DNA of 64,000 bases from an uncultured Planctomycetales bacterium (GCA_937927735.1 CALBRZ010000002.1:37800-101799), one strand, 5' to 3'. Counted from the stretch's first letter, positions 43,115 through 53,556 are shown. Notes: generated from the sequence alone by a model not told the origin. Numbers and translations are program-made.

Positions 43115-46100
43115 CTACGAGTGCGTCGAGCGGTGGTCGGTGCGCAGTCGCCGATCGTGCGGAGCGTTCTCCAGGCCGTGCGGACGATGGGGCCCTTCGA
43201 TGGTGCGGGCTGGGTGATCCTCTTCCGGAGCCCGCAGCGGTTCGCCGGTCCGCCGGCCGAACATCTTGCCCAACCACGAAGTGAGGGCCGCCGGCAGCAT
43301 CAGCAGGTCGCCGATCAGGGCGGTCACCATCAGCGGCACCATCAGGATGCCGAAGCGAGCGGTGGGCGTGAACGAACTGGCGGCAAAGACAAACATGGCT
43401 ACGCCGGCGATCAGCGTGGTTTGGGTCATGGCCGCCGCGCAGTGGCCGTAGGCCGCCCAGGCCGCTTCACGCCGTGAAAGGCCGCTGCGCACCCCGCGGT
43501 TGAACCACGTGACGTAGTGCAAGGTATCGTCCACCGCTACGCCCAGGGCCACGCTGGCCGTCATCATCGTGCCGATATCGATCAGCACGCCCGACCAGGT
43601 CATGGTGCCAAACACTACGGCCGTGGGGAAGAAGTTGGGAATCATCAAGAACGCCGCGGCAGGCAGCGCGAAGATCGGGCCGACCATGCTCCAGGTCAGC
43701 ACCAGCATCACCAGGCCGATTAATACAAATGCCAGGGCATAGCTTTCCAGCAGGCCCCGCAGCAGTTCGTTTTGCGCCTTGTACACCAGCGGCACCACGC
43801 CGGTGTAGGTGGCCGCGGTGGCCAGGGCCTGGCGGCGGCCGGAAAAGATCTCCTGGCCATCGACCGTCACGGTGCATTGCCCGTTGTCGTCGTGGACGAC
43901 GGCCACGCTGCCATCGGGGTGGTGATAGTGGTAATCGGTACTGATGTTGGCATTGTGCGGCAGCGGGACGGCTTTCCAGCCTTGCTTGCCGGTCAGCGGC
44001 TCCAACATCACGATCGGATCGACGGCTTTTTTGATCTCGGAGACAAAGACGCTGTAGTCGATGTCGTCAAACGCGCTCATCCGCAGGCTGATCCGGTACA
44101 GCTCCTCGCCGGTTTCCGGATCGTAGGCCAGGTAGCCGCCTCGCTTGAACTGGTCCACCGCCCGCCGCAGTTGGAAGTCCACTTCCTGATCGACCAGGTA
44201 GCTGGCCGGGGCTTCGACCTCGCGCGGCGTGAAGGTGGCGATCGAAAGCGTGGTGTTGATGTGCTCCAACGATTCCAGTGCGTGGCGGATGCGGTTGAGC
44301 AGCCGCACGTTGTCGAGCATGGGCGGCCGGTTCTCGAGCTGCACTTCGCCGCCGGTGACGTTGGCGGTCAGGTCGAACCACGGCAGCGGGTGCGCCGCCG
44401 AGATGCGGTGCACCACGTTAGGCGGCTGCCCTGTGGTGATCACTTTGGCTTCTTTCAAACCGGCGCGATGCAACGCCCGCTCCAATTGCCGGCCGGTGAC
44501 GTTGTACGGCAGCGGTTCGGTCTGCCGAACGATGGGCAGGCCGGTTTCGTCGGTGGCCGTGTCTTCAAACTCAAGCTGGAAGGTGCCGCCATTCGGTTCG
44601 CCGTGCAGCGTGATCACCGCCTGGTTCGAGGTATGGATCACCACTTCCATCGGCACCAGGTCGGCCAGCTTCGATTCGATCCAGGCATAGTCGCGGATGA
44701 TGCGGGCATTGGGATCGAACAGCTTCATCAGCTTGACGGTGGTTTTCATCTGCGTGGCGGCGCCATAGCCCAGCACGGCCGTGCCGGCCAGCATGAACCC
44801 AAACACCAATCCGCCACGATTGAGGACGAAACGCCCGCCACTGCCCAGCCAGCGATGCCAGATGGTTCGCCGGGACGGACGCAGGGCCGCCAGCCGCAGG
44901 GCGTCGGCCTCGGACTGCTTGAGCGGCCAGACTTGCAGGGCCGCCGGCAGCAGCACAAACAGCCAGACCAGAGCGGCCATCACCGCAATGGCCGAATACA
45001 CGCCGAACTTGCGGATCGGCACCAGGTCGCTGATGTACAGCGAAGCCAAGCCCACGGCGGTAGTCAGGTTGGCCAGCGTGCATGGCACCAGCGCCTTGCC
45101 GATGGCTCGGACGGGCGCGCCGGCCAGGCCTTCCTCGGCCACGGCGTCGCGATAGTAGTTGACGATATGGATCGCGCCGGAGACCGTCAGCACGTAGATC
45201 AGCGAGGGCATCGTCAGCAGGATGGCGTCGACCTTGGCCCCGCTGTACCACACGATGGCCAGGCTGGTCAGCTCGCTGAAGATCGACGTAAAGAACACGA
45301 TCAGTGTGAGCTTCAAATTGCGGAAGCAGATCAGGCAGAATAAAAAGCCCACGCCAAACGACAGCATCGCCAACCGGCGGAGCGATTCCTCGCCCTCGCG
45401 GTCGATGGCCATGTTGTCGACCGGCGGACCGCCCATGTGTAACTGGCTGGCCGGGATATCGCATTCCTCGACGGCGATCCGGTGCAACTCGCCGACGGTG
45501 TTGATGAGTTCTTTCTTGGTCTTGAGCCGGCGCTCCTTGGCTTGCTTTTCCCAGTAGGCTTCGCGCAGTTCGCGGTCGGCCAGCGGGATGACCACGCACG
45601 TGAGCCGCTCCTGGAACGGTTCGTTCCACTGCCAGCGGTAAGGTTCGCCCCGGCCGGCTACCTGGATCACCAGTTCGCCGCGATCGACGCGGTAGGTTTG
45701 CGCCAACTGACGCACGGCTTCGGCCAGCGTGGGCGTCGGCACGCCGTTGATGCTCTCAACGACTTCGCCCGGCTGCACGCCGGCCGCGGCTGCCGCGGTT
45801 TCGATTTCGACTTCGTCGATCACCGGGCGGCCGGTGTCGTGGTCTTCGCGCAAGCGCAACCCGTGCAGAAACTGCGGCCCGAACACGGTGCCTTGCAGGC
45901 GGGCCATGGCTTCTTCAGGCGGCAGGTTCAGCGGCGGACCCGTGAGCTGCATGAGCAGTTGCGGGCCGGTGATCACGCCTTTGAAGAGCTCCGGCTTTTC
46001 CAGCACCTTGCGGGCCAGCAGGTCCAGCCGCTGGTCGGCCAGGGGAGCCGCCATGAACAATTGCCGGCGAAGCTCCAGTTGCGCCGGATCCTCGGGCAGC

Positions 46101-46456
46101 ACCTCGCGGTTGAGCCGCAGATATTCTTCCCACTCGGCGGCGCGCTGCTGCTGCCATTGCGGGCTGGCCATCTCGCGCCAGTTGGGTTGTTCGTTGTTGC
46201 CTGCGGTGAGCCGGGCCCCCGGCCAGGTAAGCACCACGGCGTGATCGCTGCCGGCTCCGAAATGCTCCTGGTACCAGAGCAGGTCGGTGGTTTCTTGATA
46301 GGCGTCGGGCAGCCAATCCTTCACATCGTTGGTATTGCTGCGGACCGCAAGGATGGCGCCGGGAACGACCAGCCCCAACAGCGCGGCAAACACGCAGAAG
46401 ATGGCGAACGCGTGCCGCTCAATCAGCCCCTGGTAGAACGCAAACAACTTCTTCAT
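43115..46456 (-). CDS. RND-superfamily (MMPL/HpnN-like) exporter with a PDZ-like insertion in the first extracytoplasmic domain
   Basis: Start at ATG 46456 (MKKLFAFYQGLIERHAFAIF). Two 6-TM bundles (e.g. LTLIVFFTSIFSELTSLAIVWYSGAKVDAILLTMPSLIYVLTVSGAIHIVNYY and the second bundle LVYKAQNELL...VAVDDTLHYV). PDZ-like EIETAAAAAGVQPGEVVESINGVPTPTLAEAVRQL. Confidence 0.85.
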   Translation of the reverse strand: MKKLFAFYQGLIERHAFAIFCVFAALLGLVVPGAILAVRSNTNDVKDWLPDAYQETTDLLWYQEHFGAGSDHAVVLTWPGARLTAGNNEQPNWREMASPQWQQQRAAEWEEYLRLNREVLPEDPAQLELRRQLFMAAPLADQRLDLLARKVLEKPELFKGVITGPQLLMQLTGPPLNLPPEEAMARLQGTVFGPQFLHGLRLREDHDTGRPVIDEVEIETAAAAAGVQPGEVVESINGVPTPTLAEAVRQLAQTYRVDRGELVIQVAGRGEPYRWQWNEPFQERLTCVVIPLADRELREAYWEKQAKERRLKTKKELINTVGELHRIAVEECDIPASQLHMGGPPVDNMAIDREGEESLRRLAMLSFGVGFLFCLICFRNLKLTLIVFFTSIFSELTSLAIVWYSGAKVDAILLTMPSLIYVLTVSGAIHIVNYYRDAVAEEGLAGAPVRAIGKALVPCTLANLTTAVGLASLYISDLVPIRKFGVYSAIAVMAALVWLFVLLPAALQVWPLKQSEADALRLAALRPSRRTIWHRWLGSGGRFVLNRGGLVFGFMLAGTAVLGYGAATQMKTTVKLMKLFDPNARIIRDYAWIESKLADLVPMEVVIHTSNQAVITLHGEPNGGTFQLEFEDTATDETGLPIVRQTEPLPYNVTGRQLERALHRAGLKEAKVITTGQPPNVVHRISAAHPLPWFDLTANVTGGEVQLENRPPMLDNVRLLNRIRHALESLEHINTTLSIATFTPREVEAPASYLVDQEVDFQLRRAVDQFKRGGYLAYDPETGEELYRISLRMSAFDDIDYSVFVSEIKKAVDPIVMLEPLTGKQGWKAVPLPHNANISTDYHYHHPDGSVAVVHDDNGQCTVTVDGQEIFSGRRQALATAATYTGVVPLVYKAQNELLRGLLESYALAFVLIGLVMLVLTWSMVGPIFALPAAAFLMIPNFFPTAVVFGTMTWSGVLIDIGTMMTASVALGVAVDDTLHYVTWFNRGVRSGLSRREAAWAAYGHCAAAMTQTTLIAGVAMFVFAASSFTPTARFGILMVPLMVTALIGDLLMLPAALTSWLGKMFGRRTGEPLRAPEEDHPARTIEGPHRPHGLENAPHDRRLRTDHRSTHS

Positions 46457-46997
46457 GAGGGCTTGTTGGTGATTGACAGGAGGTGACAAGTGGGACTTCG
46501 GGGCGGTGCGCCGCCGGAACCTGCATCCCAAGACGCCGGCACGGCGCGGACCTGGCGCGCAAAGGACCGCTCAGGGTACCGAAAGGCCATTTTAGCGCCT
46601 ACGCCGATCGGGCGAGGGCATCGCTGGGCCAGCGCAGCGAGTTCACCAAGCTGCCCAGCTTGACGACGCCACGGGGCTAACTGCCGTAGTCCACCTCGTT
46701 TACCAAGCACTCTAATCGCCGCAGGCGGATGATGAAGCGGAATCGTTCCCAGGTTTTGCGCCCTCATTGGGAAAGGTGCTGATCGCCAGGGCGGGCGGTT
46801 CCCTCGCCGGTGGGGGGGGCGGTGGGCGCCAACATCGATGTTCAACGGGTGGTTCGCTGACGCGGCCGGCGTATTCAGTGCTTGTCGCCGGTGCGGCAGC
46901 ATACGTGCCAGCCCCTTTGCGCTAGCGGCGGGAACCGATATTTTGGCAGTTCTTCCCCTAACTTCCGCTGTTTCTCGTGATGCCTGCCGAGTGAACC

Positions 46998-48581
46998 ATG
47001 AGTGCTGCCAAGAACGCCTTGATCAGTGTCAGCGATAAGAACGGCTTGAGCGAGTTCGCCCGCCGTCTGGCAGCCGCAAAGTTCAACATTTACAGCACCG
47101 GCGGCACGCGTAAGTATCTGGAAGATGAAGGCTTAAAGGTTCGCGACATCGCCGAGTACACCGGCTTCCCGGAGATGATGGACGGCCGGGTGAAGACCCT
47201 GCACCCCAAGGTCTTTGGCGGCATTCTCTGCCGGCGCGACAATCCCGAGGACATGGTCTCGGTCGACGAGCACGGCATGGTGCCGTTTGACCTGGTGGTG
47301 GTGAACCTGTACCCGTTCGAAGCCACGATTGCCCGCGAAGGCGTCACGCCGGAAGAGGCGATCGAGCAGATCGATATTGGCGGGCCGAGCCTGGTTCGGG
47401 CGGCGGCCAAGAACCACGCCTTCACGGCGATTGCCACCTCGCCGTCGCAGTACGACGAAATTCTGCAAGAGATCGAAGCCAACGGCAGCATCAGCCTGGC
47501 CTTGCGGCGGCGGTTAGCCGCGGCGGCCTTTGCCCACACGGCAGCCTACGATGCGGCCATTTCTGCCTGGTTTGCCAAGCAGGTGACGCCGGCGGCTGAA
47601 ACGCCCGCCGAGGAATTGCCGGCGACCTGGACGCTGAGCCTGCGGCGCAAGACCTCGCTCCGTTACGGCGAAAACCCGCACCAATCGGCCGCGGTGTACG
47701 AGGTGGCCGGGCAAAACACCGCTCACACGTTGCTGTCCGCCCGGCAGCTTAACGGCAAAGAACTGTCGTACAACAACCTGCTCGACCTGGACAGCGCGCT
47801 GGCGATTGTCCGCGGCTGGGCGGAGCCGGCGGCTTCGGTCATCAAGCACAACAACCCGTGCGGCGCGGCCTCGGCCGACAACCTGGCCCAGGCGGCACGC
47901 AACGCCCTGGACGGCGACCCGGTGAGCGCTTTTGGCTCGGTGCTGGCGTTCAACCGCCCGGTCGACGTGGCCACGGCCGAAGTGCTGGCCGAGCCGGGCC
48001 GGTTCATCGAAGCGATCGCCGCGCCCTCGTTTGAGCCGGCCGCCCTGGAGATCCTCACCACGCGTCCTAAGTGGAAGGCCAACGTCCGGCTCTTGGAGCT
48101 GGGCGAAGTGGCCCCGTTGGCTCCGGAAGTTCAATTGCGGGCCATCGAGGGCGGCTATCTGGCCCAGCTTGCCGATACCCAGACCGACGATCCCAGCGAG
48201 TGGAAGCTCGTCACTTCGCACGCGATTGAGCCGGGCCTGGAACGCGAGCTCCGCTTTGCCTGGCATGTAGTGCGGTTTGTGAAGTCCAACGCCATCGTCG
48301 TGGCCAAGGATCAATCGCTGCTGGGTGCCGGCGCTGGGCAGATGAGCCGCGTAGACTCCGTCAAAATCGCCATCGAGAAGGCAGGCGATCGCGTGGCCAG
48401 TGCCGTTCTGGCGTCTGATGCTTTCTTCCCCTTCCCCGACTCGATCGAACTGGCCGCGCAAGCCGGCATCAAGGCCGTGATCCAGCCCGGCGGCTCGGTC
48501 CGCGACGAGGAAGTGATCGCCGCCTGCAATCAGCACGGCATCCCGATGATCTTCACGGGCCGGCGGCACTTCCGACACTAA
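46998..48581 (+). CDS. purH: bifunctional AICAR transformylase / IMP cyclohydrolase
   Basis: [66 protein letters not shown] (MGS-like domain) and C-terminal ...[35 protein letters not shown]. Confidence 0.95.
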   Translation: MSAAKNALISVSDKNGLSEFARRLAAAKFNIYSTGGTRKYLEDEGLKVRDIAEYTGFPEMMDGRVKTLHPKVFGGILCRRDNPEDMVSVDEHGMVPFDLVVVNLYPFEATIAREGVTPEEAIEQIDIGGPSLVRAAAKNHAFTAIATSPSQYDEILQEIEANGSISLALRRRLAAAAFAHTAAYDAAISAWFAKQVTPAAETPAEELPATWTLSLRRKTSLRYGENPHQSAAVYEVAGQNTAHTLLSARQLNGKELSYNNLLDLDSALAIVRGWAEPAASVIKHNNPCGAASADNLAQAARNALDGDPVSAFGSVLAFNRPVDVATAEVLAEPGRFIEAIAAPSFEPAALEILTTRPKWKANVRLLELGEVAPLAPEVQLRAIEGGYLAQLADTQTDDPSEWKLVTSHAIEPGLERELRFAWHVVRFVKSNAIVVAKDQSLLGAGAGQMSRVDSVKIAIEKAGDRVASAVLASDAFFPFPDSIELAAQAGIKAVIQPGGSVRDEEVIAACNQHGIPMIFTGRRHFRH

Positions 48582-48845
48582 ACTGCGGCCCCCTGCGATA
48601 GCATCATCCTTGGCTGCAAGGTCTTGCGCTGAGGTGCTGCGCTTGCACGCTCCTCGTCCGCAGACATGCCATGCCCCCCCACCCAAGTCGACAGGCCGGT
48701 GGGGTTTTGTCTGGCCAAACTCTATGTTTGGCGTCTTGGCGAACAAGTTTTTGGTTAATCAAAAACTCGGTTTTGCTCGATGAAATAGGCAGGCGTAACC
48801 CCGATAAGTAGATGCCTCATCACCAGAAAGGGAAGGGGGCTAACG

Positions 48846-49667
48846 TTGAAATGCCTTGCCTGGTGGCCTGTTTGGGCTTGTCTGACCATGCTGACGGCGT
48901 TGCCGGCGGTGGGCCGCGGCCAAGAGGCGGAGCCGCTGCAGTCGGACCGGCCGGACTTCACCGAGTCCAGTTCTACGGTGGGCCGAGGCCGGGTGCAGCT
49001 CGAAGCCGGTTATACGTTCAGCTACGACGATGCCGGTGGCCAGATCGCCCGCGCGCATAACTTGCCGGAAACGCTATTGCGCGTCGGTCTGACCGACGAG
49101 ATCGAGTTTCGGATCGCCTGGAGCTACCTGGTCGAAGAAACGACCTCGCGATCGACCGAGGATGGCGCGATCGACCTGACGCTAGGTACCAAACTGTTTC
49201 TGATGGAGCAGGATGGTTGGATTCCCGAGTCGGCGATCATCCTGCAATTGACGATACCGACCGGCGCCGATGTCTTCTGTGGCGACGAGGTGTTTTACGG
49301 TTTCAACCTGTTGTACGGCTGGGACCTGGCAGGCGATTGGACACTGGGGACGTCCACCGGCGTGAACACCGGCGCTGAAGATCTGGTCGTCACCGGGGCC
49401 ATCCCGGTGCTCAATCGCGATGGGCACGTGATCATCCATCAGTCGGTCACGCTGGGAATCCCGCTGACGGATCGGCTCGGCAGCTTCGTCGAATACTTTG
49501 GCGTGTACTCGGTGGGGCGCGAGAGCAATTTTCCCGAGAACTACCTCGATACCGGTTTCACCTACCTGGTGACCGACGATTTTCAGCTCGACTGGCGGAT
49601 CGGCATCGGGCTGAACGATCAGGCTCAGGATTTCTTCACCGGTGCTGGCTTTACCTTGCGTTTGTAA
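48846..49667 (+). CDS. outer-membrane beta-barrel protein, MetA-pathway/phenol-degradation-like transporter family
   Basis: TTG start preceded by AAGGGAAGGGGG. Signal peptide. QSDRPDFTESSSTVGRGRVQLEAGYTFSYDD and alternating beta-strand pattern. C-terminal aromatic-rich strand GAGFTLRL. Confidence 0.7.
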   Translation: MKCLAWWPVWACLTMLTALPAVGRGQEAEPLQSDRPDFTESSSTVGRGRVQLEAGYTFSYDDAGGQIARAHNLPETLLRVGLTDEIEFRIAWSYLVEETTSRSTEDGAIDLTLGTKLFLMEQDGWIPESAIILQLTIPTGADVFCGDEVFYGFNLLYGWDLAGDWTLGTSTGVNTGAEDLVVTGAIPVLNRDGHVIIHQSVTLGIPLTDRLGSFVEYFGVYSVGRESNFPENYLDTGFTYLVTDDFQLDWRIGIGLNDQAQDFFTGAGFTLRL

Positions 49668-49786
49668 GCGAACCGGGGCATCGCAGCGCGGCACTGTCAG
49701 ATAACGGGGCGCCCCTTGTATCGGATCGCTTGCGCGCGAAGATAACGGGGTATCATCATCCTCTAGCCTGCGAGGCCGCGCTGCCG

Positions 49787-50506
49787 ATGAGCCCAACCGA
49801 AGCCATTCTGGCATCCATCCAAGTTGGGGTGCCGCGTACCTTGGGCCAAGACGGTGCGGCCGCCCCCATGGACCGCCGCTGGACCACCGCCTTCTTCAAA
49901 GAACCTGTGAGCGGGCCGGTCCAGGTGAGCCACACGCAGGTTGAAGGCGATGGGCAGGCCGACCGCGTACATCACGGCGGACCGGAGAAGGCCATCCTGG
50001 CGTACTCAGCCGATCACTATGCGGCGTGGCGGCAGGAGCTGAATCTGCCGGAGTTTCCACACGGCGCATTGGCCGAGAACTTCACCATCCAAGGGCTGAC
50101 CGAAGCCGATGTCTGCATCGGCGATACCTGGCAGGTAGGTCCCGACCTGTTGGTACAAGTCTCGCAGCCGCGGCAACCCTGCTGGAAGATTGCCCGGCGG
50201 TGGCGGATCAAGAACCTCACGTTACAGGTCGAGCGGACGGGGCGAACCGGCTGGTACTTGCGCGTCCTTCAGCCAGGCGCTGTACAAGCCGGCATGAAGC
50301 TGGTGCTCGTTGAACGGCCGTATCCCCAGTGGTCGGTTGCCAGGGCCAACGAGGTCATGCACGTCCGCCGCCACGATCTTGACCTGGCCGCGGAACTGGC
50401 AGCGATTCCACTCTTGTCCGAGAGCTGGCAGTCCACCTTGCGGCGCCGCGTTCAGGAAGGCCGGCCCGGCGATACCACCGCGCGGCTGGTGGGCGACAAC
50501 GGTTAA
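49787..50506 (+). CDS. MOSC domain protein (YiiM-like)
   Basis: EGDGQADRVHHGGPEKAILAYS...ENFTIQGLTEADVCIGDTWQVGPDLLVQVSQPRQPCWKIARRW with the conserved MOSC Cys. Start set at ATG 49787. Confidence 0.85.
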   Translation: MSPTEAILASIQVGVPRTLGQDGAAAPMDRRWTTAFFKEPVSGPVQVSHTQVEGDGQADRVHHGGPEKAILAYSADHYAAWRQELNLPEFPHGALAENFTIQGLTEADVCIGDTWQVGPDLLVQVSQPRQPCWKIARRWRIKNLTLQVERTGRTGWYLRVLQPGAVQAGMKLVLVERPYPQWSVARANEVMHVRRHDLDLAAELAAIPLLSESWQSTLRRRVQEGRPGDTTARLVGDNG

Positions 50507-50553
50507 CGCGCCGCGCGGCGACTCGCGTTTGCCGGTTACCGCCAAGCGCCGGC

Positions 50554-50898
50554 TCAGTGATGCTCCAAGTATTCTTTGAGCACCACGGCGCTGTTGTGCT
50601 GCTCGTCTTTCGCGGCAAAGACAAAGGTCACGGGGCCTTGGGCGATGTGCCGCTTGAGATCTTCCAGCAGTTCGCCTCGCTGCTTCAGCTCCGCCTGGTA
50701 GCGTTGGCGGAACTCAGGCCACTTCTCGAGATCGTGGTTGTACCACTTCCGGAGCTCGGTGCTGGGGGCGATCTCTTTAAGCCACAGGTCGATGGCCGCC
50801 TTTTCCTTCTTCACCCCACGCGGCCACAACCGTTCCACGAGAATCCGCAGACCATCGTCGGGCGAGGGCGGCTCGTACGCGCGTTTGAGTCGGATCAT
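50554..50898 (-). CDS. DUF488 family protein (YeaO-like)
   Basis: [56 protein letters not shown]...[22 protein letters not shown] is a typical DUF488 sequence. Confidence 0.85.
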   Translation of the reverse strand: MIRLKRAYEPPSPDDGLRILVERLWPRGVKKEKAAIDLWLKEIAPSTELRKWYNHDLEKWPEFRQRYQAELKQRGELLEDLKRHIAQGPVTFVFAAKDEQHNSAVVLKEYLEHH

Positions 50899-50960
50899 GG
50901 CATCGGCCCCTGCCTGATGGAGGTTGCCTGGTCAGCATGTTTTGCCATAAGCGCAGAAAG

Positions 50961-50992
50961 AGAACGCCGGAGACGATTGCCCCCGGCGTTCT
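50961..50992 (-). terminator. putative terminator hairpin downstream of the small lipoprotein gene
   Basis: agaacgccgg - 12 nt - ccggcgttct forms a perfect 10-bp stem. On the minus strand it is followed by CTTTCT. Confidence 0.4.
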
Positions 50993-51064
50993 TGCAACTT
51001 CCATCTTAGCTGTTTTGCCCGGCAAGCGGGCCTGGGCCGGTTCGATTCCTCGCGTGCCTTGCGG

Positions 51065-51454
51065 TTACAGACCTTCCTGCTCGGCGAGGGCCCGGAGGTT
51101 CACAAACACGCGCGGGTCTTCATCCGTCCAGTGATGATCGGGCTCGACCATCACGGTGAACTCCACCGTGCCGTCGGCAAAATGGTACTGCCACTTCTGC
51201 TGCTTCTCATCGAGCTGGACGATGTCGTGTGGCTCGCTGACGATGCCTTGCAGCGTGGAGAGCCGCATGGGGGCGGGCGTCATTCTCGATTGCGACCGCC
51301 GGCATTCGGCGAACAGCCTCGCCAGCAGTTCATCCTTGCTCGAGATTTCCGCACCGCAACCGGTGAAGGTCAGCAGTGCCAGCAACATTGCCCCCATGAT
51401 CTGCCGGTTTATGGTTGTCCATTTCACGGCCGATTTCCTCAACATCTCTCCCAT
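51065..51454 (-). CDS. small hypothetical lipoprotein
   Basis: MGEMLRKSAVKWTTINRQIMGAMLLALLTFTGCG has a lipobox-like FTGC. Coding-like composition. The start is ambiguous (51454, 51445 or 51397). Upstream ORF codons overlap the LtaS-family gene and were trimmed. Confidence 0.55.
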   Translation of the reverse strand: MGEMLRKSAVKWTTINRQIMGAMLLALLTFTGCGAEISSKDELLARLFAECRRSQSRMTPAPMRLSTLQGIVSEPHDIVQLDEKQQKWQYHFADGTVEFTVMVEPDHHWTDEDPRVFVNLRALAEQEGL

Positions 51455-51549
51455 CCAATTTGGTGCGACGGAAGCGGCCACCCCGGCCAGCTTCCCGGCG
51501 AACTGCCCGCGGCGCCGTGCACAGCGCCGCCTCACGCCTGCGTCGCGGT

Positions 51550-53556
51550 TCACTGTGCGCCACGTTCGGCAAGGAACTGTTTCTGGTATCGCACGAACCC
51601 GGCCACTTTGCGGCGATACTCGGTGCAAAGCTCGGGATGGCGGTCGGCCAGGTTCTTCCTCTCGTGCGGGTCTTTGCTCAGGTCGAACAGCTCCTGCTTT
51701 CCGCTATTGATGTAAAAGTGGTACTTGAAGTTCCCATCGCGGAGGCCAAAAACCGGACGGCGGAACAGCGAGAAAAAGTACAGGTGCGCGTCCTCGCGGT
51801 CGTGCAGCAGGTTGCGTCCCTGCCAGTCATCCGGCGGCTGCTGGCCCAGCAGCTGCGCGATGGTATACGGCAGGTCGACCGCCTGGCACGGCTGCTCCAT
51901 CCGCCGCGGATACTGCTCGAGCGACGGGTGGATCATGATCAGCGGCACGTGCACCGCCGTGTTGTACACGCTGTAACCGTGCAGCCACTGGTTGTGCTGA
52001 CCGAAGAACTCGCCGTGATCGCCCAGGATCACCACCAGCGTCGATTCGTCCAGCTTGCGACGCTTCAGTTCCTCAAGCAGCTCGACAATCTGGCGGTCGG
52101 CATTGCGGATCGCATTGAGATAGCGGTTGTGCATCCGCGTCGTTTCTTCGTCTTTGTGGATGGGGCCCATCGGCAACGGATTGGGGCCACCCACGTACGG
52201 ATGGTGCGTTTCGATGGTGAACGCCATCGCGAAGAACGGCTGATCGCTCTGCTCGATCCACTCCAGCGCCGCCGAGTACATGGCCGCGTCAGACACGCCC
52301 CAGGAGTTGACGAACGGGCCGGGCAGCGTTTCGGCGTCGATCAGCGTGCTGTCCGGACGGCGGCCGAAATAACCGTCGCGGTGCTTCCAGCTCCAGTAGC
52401 CGGCGTGCAGGTAGCAAGACCGGTATCCGGCCCGGTCGGCCAGCCACTCGCTCAGCAGCGGCACGCGGAAGTTGGGGTTGTCGCGCACGATCAGACCCCA
52501 GTCGGGACGCGGATACACGCCCGTGGTGATCGCCACCAGGCTTTTGCAGCTATAAGGGCATTGGATGTAGAAGTTGTCGAACACAATGCCGCTGCGATTC
52601 TCGGCCAGGTAACGCTCCAACTGGGGCGTGGTGTCGTAATGAGAGCCGTACAGGCCCAGGTACTCGGCCGACACCGATTCCATCACGATCAGCAGCACGT
52701 TCTTGGGCGGTGTGACGTTGGGCGGCAGCAAAGGCGCCACCTCGTCCTCGTTTTCGGTGCGGCGGGCCACGATATCGCTGTCGTCGGCGTCTTCCATCGC
52801 CAACAGCGACGGCAGCGAGTCATCCACCACCAGTTCGCGGACCCATGAGTACAGGAACGTGGCGTGTGGGTTGACCGAGATCCGCCGTTCCCAGCGTTCT
52901 TCGTCGGTCCAGGTGTAATGCACGTACGCCTTGCACACGCCACCGTAGAACAGTACCAGCACCGTGGCCAGCGCGATCGACCTGGCCGATACGGCACCGA
53001 CGCGGCGCACCCAGCGCAGCTCGTTGCCGACAAAGAAGCCCAACAGCAGCACGATCGGCACCAGGATCATGCCGCGGATCACGTTACCGTTGACGTACGA
53101 CCACAGCGACGAGGCCATCACGTCCATGTGGCCCAGGAAGGCCAGCAGGCGGTACGTGATCATCTCCGAGGTCACTTGAAACACCCGGTGGCTGGCCACG
53201 GCATACACGCCCGCCAGCAGATAGATCGCCAGCAGCGCGAAACGCCACAACATGGCCGTCCAGCGATTGGCGGCGGCCACCCCGGTGAAGATCCAGCAGA
53301 TCAGACCCAGGCCGAACACAAAGCAGGCGTCGGCCGCATACACGATGGCCAACCGCAGCAGCCAGCGAACGAATTCGCCCACGGTTTCGACCGGGAACGG
53401 CAGCAGGGCGATTTTGACCACCAGGCAAATCAGTGCCAAACCGAGCGTCAGCGCAAAGACGGTGCCGCGGTCATGCGACAGCCGGGCTGCCTGAGCGCGA
53501 CTGGTATCGCTCGGCACTGGCACGTCCGGCGAGTGGGCCCCCCTTGCGACATCCAT
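51550..53556 (-). CDS. LTA-synthase-family / sulfatase-like membrane transferase (N-terminal TM domain plus alkaline-phosphatase-fold domain)
   Basis: About five N-terminal TM helices, then NVLLIVMESVSAEYLGLYGS...SCKSLVAITTGVYP...VVILGDHGEFFGQH. No CxPxR formylglycine motif, so it is closer to LtaS/phosphotransferases than to true sulfatases. Confidence 0.8.
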   Translation of the reverse strand: MDVARGAHSPDVPVPSDTSRAQAARLSHDRGTVFALTLGLALICLVVKIALLPFPVETVGEFVRWLLRLAIVYAADACFVFGLGLICWIFTGVAAANRWTAMLWRFALLAIYLLAGVYAVASHRVFQVTSEMITYRLLAFLGHMDVMASSLWSYVNGNVIRGMILVPIVLLLGFFVGNELRWVRRVGAVSARSIALATVLVLFYGGVCKAYVHYTWTDEERWERRISVNPHATFLYSWVRELVVDDSLPSLLAMEDADDSDIVARRTENEDEVAPLLPPNVTPPKNVLLIVMESVSAEYLGLYGSHYDTTPQLERYLAENRSGIVFDNFYIQCPYSCKSLVAITTGVYPRPDWGLIVRDNPNFRVPLLSEWLADRAGYRSCYLHAGYWSWKHRDGYFGRRPDSTLIDAETLPGPFVNSWGVSDAAMYSAALEWIEQSDQPFFAMAFTIETHHPYVGGPNPLPMGPIHKDEETTRMHNRYLNAIRNADRQIVELLEELKRRKLDESTLVVILGDHGEFFGQHNQWLHGYSVYNTAVHVPLIMIHPSLEQYPRRMEQPCQAVDLPYTIAQLLGQQPPDDWQGRNLLHDREDAHLYFFSLFRRPVFGLRDGNFKYHFYINSGKQELFDLSKDPHERKNLADRHPELCTEYRRKVAGFVRYQKQFLAERGAQ

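Noticed and set aside
46457-46997. Possible ZTP (pfl) riboswitch in the 540-nt region upstream of purH.
   Set aside because: Only weak partial matches were seen (gacctggcg, tcgctgggc), about 360-450 nt from the start codon. I could not find the paired GGGUCG/CGACCC stem or the CCGCCUGGGC pseudoknot element. A covariance-model scan (Rfam RF01750) would settle it.
51031-51060. The sequence ggccggttcgattcctcg resembles a tRNA T-loop (GGTTCGATTCC).
   Set aside because: The flanking 5-nt arms are not complementary, and no acceptor, D or anticodon stems can be drawn. A second ggttcgaa near 30150 also failed. I found no tRNA in the window.
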